Assembly (NCBI RefSeq): GCF_018977255.1
Contig: NW_024704742.1
Coordinates: 126,792,001-126,856,000, forward strand
Source of the DNA: Callorhinchus milii
Taxonomy: Eukaryota
Direction: 5' to 3'
DNA: 64,000 bases
Positions 56,629 to 64,000 of the stretch are shown here, piece after piece. Within the stretch, counting starts at the first letter, position 1. Every line of letters begins with the position of its first letter. Made by a program: the position numbers and the translations under genes. The notes under the pieces were generated by a model. The model was not told the origin of the DNA, did no database searches, and worked only from the letters and a program-made list of their open reading frames with translations.

Positions 56629-57942
56629 CTGAAAAGAGAGAGCAAGGTCAAAGATTATTAGTGCAGATAAAATATCTTCCTTGTAATACACATTATTATT
56701 GCAATATTCCAAATATTCAGCAATATTTTAATATCCTCCCTTTTTAAAACCATTTTATTCTACTCCTTCCTGCCAGCAGGTGGATGGATGAATGTTACTC
56801 CAGGCCTCTGTGGCCTGAATTCAGTGGATTTATGCAAGAGCAAATTAGGAGAGCTCATTATTCCAATATTCAATTTTTTCCCCTCCCACATGTGATGAAG
56901 ATCAAAATTATGAATCATGGTCAGAAACATGTGTCTGCCTACTTGGTGCCACTATTGTTGGGAGTCCCATAAGAACATAAGAATTAGGAGCAGGAGTAGG
57001 CCATTCGGCCTCTTCAGCCTGCCCCGCCATTCAATAAGATCAGGCTGATCTATTCTAACTCCACCTACCCACCTTATCCCCATATCTCTAAATCCCTTTA
57101 TCCACAAGAAATCTATCAATCTCAGTCTTGAAAGCACTTTGCAACAAATCAACTTTTCCCAAAGCTGCAGTACGTCACCCATGACAATTCAGTTCCGACC
57201 AAAGATGCCTTTGGAGCAGAGGTTTTGCAGGCCAGTTTGATGTATATGAGATAAATATGCAGTTAACACTGCAAAACACTTTCTGCAGTGGCAAGCAGAA
57301 CAGCTTCCACTTTCAACCCATTTACCAAGATTAATAAATACCTCAATTATGTCAACTGCCACTTTTCTTCTGAACATTTAATTAGATCTGATATCCATGA
57401 GAAAAATTAATCAAGTTTTTCACACTGAAATCGATAGCCATGTTTCAGTTTCAAACATATTAACACACACTCGTTACTTTACTCGACACACCATTAATTT
57501 GTTTTGTTTTGCTTCAAATAAATAAAACAAATGTTACAATGACATTTTACTCCACGAAACAAAAGATGATATTTTGACAAACTTCATAAACTGGACATCT
57601 TTTCTAATCAATATGTTAATAAATGCCAACAGAACACCCACACACTGCTTCACTGCTATAGAATTGTTGCTCATCAAAATGAATTTCAAACCAAGCAATT
57701 AGTAGCTTTTAATCAAATAATACATGAAGGACTTTGAGGTCAATGTTGTCTCGCATTGAAATGTACGGTAAACACCAGGCAACTGAAAACCCACAGGCCA
57801 ATTCCCAGTTATTTGTATAGACAGGGAGCACTTCAGTTATACCGAGCCATAAAGTAGCAAAAACAATAGTTGCAATACTCTGACTCTTATCTTTTGTTTC
57901 AATCTGAAGATGAACCCTTCATTTAAAAAAAAACTTTTTTCC

Positions 57943-58430
57943 AGGCTCCATGACCCCATCACTCCCACCTCGCCCGACTCCACTGGCTCTCCATCCCTCA
58001 GAGGATCGAGTTCAAGATCCTCGTCCTCACTTTCAAGGCAATCCATGGCCTTGCCCCCTCCTACCTCTCTGACCTGCTGACTCCCTACCAACCTGCCCGC
58101 TCCCTCCGTTCAGAGGGCTCCGATCTGCTCCATGTCCCTCGCCCGACCCGCCCTACCATCGGTGGCCGGGCTTTCAGCCTCTCTGCCTCCACACTGTGGA
58201 ACTCCATCCCACAGTCCCCTCGCCTCGCTTCCTCCCTCGCCTCCTTCAAGGCCGGTCTCAAGACCCTTCTCTCCGATCTTGCCTTTGGTCGCCTTCCCAC
58301 CTCTCTGCCTTCCCTCACCCCACGCCACCCCTCCCCCATGCTCGGGCCCCGACACCTGACTGTTCAGCACTTTGGGACGTCCTCCTGACATGAAAGGCGC
58401 TCTATAAATGTAATTTTGTTGTTGTTGTTA
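57943..58430 (+). mobile_element. L2-type LINE 3' end
   Basis: Same family as 38600; (GTT)n tail. Confidence 0.88.
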
Positions 58431-59424
58431 GTTACATTGTGCCTTATAATGTATTTTGATTTATGTTGTAACTAAGCGATGCTACAACACATTCCAATGA
58501 AGTCTCATACAGATCAGAAACTCTTTCCGCCAATTCTGTTTCAGCTCTATAACTGACCAGCAAGTTTACAAATACACTCTAATGCACCAGTTATTTACTG
58601 CAGGATCAGTGAAAGCTGCATACGATTCCATAAAAGTAGATTCGCACCCAGAGATCACTACTCAGTATCTACGTCTATACTATGTTCTTATTTAATTATC
58701 TGGCATAAGTTAGGGTTATTCAAACACCTAGCAATTAACTGATGTTAAGATTCTAGCAATTTACAAATTTAGGAATAAGTACATTGTAGCTCCAACAATA
58801 TGTCACGGATTGACAGGATGACATTCACATGTTTAATGTCCAAGCCAGCGTCTGATCTCATCTGTGGTATCATGAGGAAGCACAGAGTAGATGTAATATA
58901 GTTCCTCAGAAGCACATCTTGTAACATAGAGCATCACTCAGGCCTGAGAGAAGGATTGCTATCACAGCTCTCAGCCCAGGTGCATTGGGCAAAGACCAAA
59001 AAGGAAAAACTACTGAGTTCTTCATAAATAATCCACTGAACAGCTTCAGTTGGAATATTTATTTAATATCACAAAATATAACTTTTCTCTGGAAGGTTTA
59101 ACACATTACTCATACTTCAATATTTTAAAGATATTTTGATCCAGATCATGTAGTTTGATGTCAAAAGCCCAAGAAGAATTTAGAGGAAAACATGCTGTCA
59201 TCAATATTTGTGACCGCTGACAATTGCAGAAACAAAATGAACTTGAATGGGAATTGGATATTAAAAGTTCAATGTAAAACTATCATTATTGACTACAGCC
59301 TGTTGATATTTAGGTGACAGCTCAGAAATGATTAACCCATTGATATTACTCTGTTCGTCTCATTTATATTAATCTTGCTCAACAACATTACATTGTGCAT
59401 AATGATAATCATAATCATAATAAT

Positions 59425-60320
59425 AAACACCGAGGATGACATTTAAAAAATGCAACGAGATACAGATAGGTTAGGTGAGTGGGCAAATAGGTGGCAGATT
59501 AAGTATAATGTAGGGAAATGCGAGGTCATCCACCGAGGTGGCAAAAACAGTAGAGCAATTATTTTTTAGAAGGGGAGAGATGAGATAGTGTTAGCGTTCA
59601 AAGGGACTTAGGGGTCCTTGTACACCAGTCACAAAAGGTTAGTTTGCAGATACAGCAAGCAATTAGGAAGGCTAATGGTATGTTGGCATTTGTTACAAAT
59701 AGGTTAGAATATAAGAGTAGGGAAGTCTTGGTGCGACTGTATAGGGCCCTGGTGAGACCACACCTAGAGTATTGTGTGCAGTTTTGGTCTCCTTATTTAA
59801 GAAAGGATGTACTCGCCTTGGAGGGGCTACAATGTAGATTCACAAGGTTGGTACCAGGGATGAGGGGGATGAGTTATGAGGATAGATTGAGCAATTTAGG
59901 CCTATATTCTCTAGAATATTAAAGAATGAGAGGTGATCTTATAGAAACCTATAAGATTATTAAGGAGCATGACAGAATAGATAGTGGGAGACTTTTTTCC
60001 CTGGTTGGAGAAACTAAAACCAGGGGTCACTGTCTTAAAATTAGGGGTAAGCCCTTTCGCACTGAGTTGAGGAAAAACTTCTTCACTCAGAGGGTAGTGA
60101 AATTATGGAATTCTCTACCCCAAAGGGCTTTAGATGCTCAGTCCTTGAACATATTTAAGACTGAGTTTGATAGATTTCTTGTGGATAAAGGGATTAAAGG
60201 ATATGGGGATAAATCGGATAGGTGGAGTTAGAATAGATCAGCCATGATATTATTGAATAGCGGGGTAGGCTCGAGCGGCCGAATGGCCTACTCCTGCTCC
60301 TAATTCTTATGTTCTTATGT
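59425..60320 (+). mobile_element. CR1-type LINE 3' fragment
   Basis: LYRALVRPHLEYCVQFWSP...FFTQRVVKLWNSLP; (TTCTTATG)n tail. Confidence 0.93.
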
Positions 60321-60730
60321 TTTTATAATGGAAATATTCTAGAAAAGTCATTAACAAGAAAAATATCATTATAATGCACTTAGTGAGACAAAGTGCTTTT
60401 ACTTTAAACACAATATGGTGTGCTATTTTCCCAGTTTCATGCATTCAGATGCATCTCAGATACAATCATTTATTTTATTCATCCAGACTGAACTATTATT
60501 GGCAAAAAGGGAATAGTACTTCAACAACATTTTGTTACTAAATGCCTGTATGTTAATGATTAAAATTTAGTCCTGCAAATATCAATATTTTAAAGATTCA
60601 AAAACCACTATTTGTACAAATGCAAAATTCAAGCAGGCAATTAAATAAATGACTTTTTTCAAGGGAAGGGACACACAGCAACAAAGGGTTGTACAATTTC
60701 TAGATTCTTTCATGAGTTTATTTTATATAC

Positions 60731-63128
60731 CTTGCACTCTTGCTTCCTCTTCGTCAGCTGATATCACATGGCCATGATGTTCTATGCTTTTTAAGGTTCT
60801 TTGTTGTCTTTCTTCAAGAATGTTCCTAAAATGAGTCATGCATTTGCTTAAATATTCAGAGTCCCTGGACACAGTCTGTGGGGCACTGGCTCTGCATTCA
60901 GAGGAATTATCTAAGAAAATATTTTTGTCCTGGTTGACATTTATTTCGAGTCCTTCACAAGAAGACAGAAGCCCTTGATCTGAAAAAGCCTCTTTAGTTT
61001 TGTAAAGCAGTAGCCTCCAGGGTGAACTGGTGAGTGCTGAAGGTTGGTAATAAGTGGAAGAACCTTTTGCTAAAGGTGCCTGTGAATCTGTAGTGAAATT
61101 CTCCATTAATCTGCCACGAGCTTCTTTTGCAGAATCCCCATGTTGATTTCCACTGTTGCCTCCATTTACTTTCCTCAAATCCCCCTTTTTATACAATGAA
61201 TAATTATTTTTTGGATTCCTGCTATGAAACTTTTTTGGATTAACATACAGGGAATCTTCAGGATTCTGTGAGCCCTTGCTCTCTGAACTCATAAATACTG
61301 CCTTCAAGACAGATTTAAAATGCAAAAGCCTTTTCCCCAATCTTTTCAAGCTAGACCTCAGGTCTGCTAAAGGAATGCTTTCCTGCTCAGGATCTCCATC
61401 TATTTCTTGCTCCACAAAATGATCCCATTCCTGATAATCACATTTCCATTGACAATTTCTACATCTTTCATTGCCTGTGCTTTCCATCAATCCTTCAGCT
61501 TTACTGCAAGGCAAAGGTATATTATTGATGTAGTCTCCGTCATACACAGCATTTGATAAATTTATATCAAAATCATTTTGCACGGATGGAATATAGTTCT
61601 CCATGTCATGGTTATGTAATGGTGTTATTTGACTGGTATATTTTTGACGTGTTGCACTGCAGGATTCTACCAGCTGAGTTTGGGGGGTTATTTCAATACA
61701 ATATTCTTTTTCCTGGCACACGAAATCATCTTCCTCCATGCAAGTTTGGCCCTTAGGAGAACTGGTTTGCTCCAGCACAGTCAAATCTTCTGAGGATAAC
61801 TCACAATATTCTACAAAATTCAAAAAATATTCAGCAATCGCTGAAGGCTCTTTCATGAGTAAACTATCAGCATTCAGGATCTGGTCAGTCTTACACTCAA
61901 TAGGAAACTCATCTTTTGTTTTCAGTGTCAAATCATATACTTCAACTGGATTACAAAAGTAGTTTTTTTCTTTATCAATCTGACTTTTTGTCTTGGCAAA
62001 TTCATCAATCTTAGTGAGCAACAATTCTGATCCAGCTTCTAAGCCACTGACTAGTCCAAGTGTGCCTTCGGATTCCTTTTCACAAATAATGAAGGTTTCC
62101 CCTTTTTGTTCGTTCAAACACATTTCGTCTGCAGTATCTACTGAAGGCAGCAAATTATGCTTATGTCTTGTTGAGGATATGTAGGTGGAAACATCAATCC
62201 CCATACTCTGTAACTGGTAACATTTGGTGGAGAAGAGATCCCAGTGTTCAGGACTGGTACACATTGCTATAATGGGTCTTGGTTCTCCTATTTGAATGTT
62301 CCCCATCAAATCTGATCGATACGTTTCCTTGATATGGAACAGGTGTTTAATGTCATCAAAGCAATCATCCTTAGATAAAAGACTATAAATGATATTTTCT
62401 ATATTTTCATTGAATTCTTCAGGAACATTGTAAAAGCACAGCATTACATCTTGTGGGTCTATTACTTCATCCAACTCGTGCAAAGTAATTAAGTCACTTG
62501 ATGACTGAAATCTATTTCTCAACCACTGTATTTCATTTAACATAGCATCTACACAAATGGACACTTCATCCACTGAACCCTTTAGCGAAGACATCTGGGT
62601 TTGTAAGTCTATAATGCCTTTGTATATTTTATTAATTCCATGCAACTCTTTAAGTATAAATTCAACATTATCCTCTGACTGGTTTAGTGAGTACTTATTA
62701 TCTAAGCAAAATCTGTAAGCATCAACAGTTCGATCAGCACTTATGTCAGGTGCATCAATGAGCAGATCTTGACTGTTTAACTCACTGAATATTTCTTTGT
62801 GGTTAAATGTTTGCAAACCATTAATCCATGGAGTGTTGTCCAGAGGTTCTCTATTTGGAAAACGAGTCCTATTTTGTTCGACTGCATCTTGGCCTTTTGC
62901 ACAATCATTCATTATTTGTTTCTCCATATTACATACTGTTGCTGGCAAATTACCTTCTTTGCCTGTAGAAGACTTGAAGCCTATTCGTTCATAGCTGGAA
63001 TCCACAGTCTTTAGATTCTCTGATTTGAGGCCACATACAAACATATCAGTTTCAATTTCAACAGAAGGACGGCAGTCTCTGAATCTGGACAAGTTAATAT
63101 CTCTACTGTATCGTAATACTCTCTGCAT
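60731..63128 (-). CDS. UNC13B: UNC13B brain-type (bMunc13-2-like) large N-terminal coding exon; probable start MQRVLR at 63128
   Basis: Part of the 849-aa ORF 60723..63272. MQRVLRYS, VEFILKELHGI...GSVDEVSICVDAMLNEI, PRPII, LGKRLLHFKSVLKAVF and YLSKCMTHFRNILEER match bMunc13-2 as I recall it. ATG has A at -3. Donor CAAG|gtatat, phase 1. Confidence 0.88.
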
Positions 63129-64000
63129 TTTGTGCTTCAGACTTAGTGAAATGTTGGACTTTGGAAGTTTCTTTTTCTTCAGGGTTTTTGTCTTAGATGA
63201 TTTGAATTTAAAAGGAATAGTAATGCTCTTTTTCCTTTTTAAATTGTAAATTTCATTTCTAGAAAACATCATTACATTGCATTTACAATTAAAACATGCA
63301 GTTTGTAGTTAATATGTACTACACTGAAAGATTTCCTGTGCATTTATAGGTTCTACGTTCTTAAAACACTTTGAGTTGTTACCCACCGTGAAAGGTGCTA
63401 CAGAAATTCAGGTGTTGTTAACCTTTTTCCTTTATGCATTAGTTTCCAGGTTGGTGGTAAGTAAAATGCAGGCTAGTTCACAGATGCTTGAAACAAAACT
63501 ACAGAAACACAGAAACCATAAATTAATCATTTCATAGATTCTAAGACAAAAAAATTATGTTTCAAAGTACAGTATTATGAGCTGGCTTGTAAATGAATCT
63601 TACTTACGATAGCTATATGGTTTCTGAAATATATAAATTTACACCATTCCTTAAAGGAGCAGAAAGATCAGTTAACCACTGCAATTATATTACAGATAAT
63701 CCACCAATTAAAAATACAGGACTAAAGAAAATGTAGATCAGGCGGTACAATTCATTGCAAGCAGAATAACATTCCTGCTTCTCCGCCAGTGTATGAGGAA
63801 CATTGTTAGGCCCTCTGGTTGCCTGATCCCATTCCCAGTGTCACCATGAATAGCAGCGAATACAATACGCTCCTTGTTAGGTCAGTTACTTAAGGTGATC
63901 TGGAAGGGTTGGAACCAGTTAAATTAAAGGGTGTGCTATGTCCTGAATAAAATCCTTTGAAAATAAAATATAATATACATCTGTATGATATACAGTTGAG

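Noticed and set aside
60723..63272. 849-aa ORF as an independent gene
   Set aside because: It matches the bMunc13-2 N-terminus and splices in frame to the core via the 23-nt exon; stand-alone use is kept only as a hypothesis.

Overview
Vertebrate genomic DNA. The repeat families suggest a cartilaginous fish, probably a chimaera or shark; this is inference. The window holds most of an UNC13B (Munc13-2) gene on the minus strand. I traced 27 GT-AG exons from 63128 down to 2306 that splice in frame (5226 nt, 1742 codons). They encode a ~2.4-kb brain-type (bMunc13-2) N-terminal exon, then the C1, C2B and most of the MUN domain; the 3' end of the gene lies beyond position 1. Three microexons invisible to the ORF track were found (23, 6 and 6 nt). 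Introns carry many CR1-type and L2-type LINE fragments, a young tRNA-Ala-headed SINE sharing its 3' hairpin with the L2, and older SINEs. Most notable: the large exon encodes a coiled-coil plus RRM module with the motif pattern of non-LTR retrotransposon ORF1 proteins, and its weak donor is followed directly by stop-AATAAA-GU-rich sequence, which could release this module as a stand-alone protein. Family assignments rest on recalled sequences, not searches; repeat boundaries are approximate.
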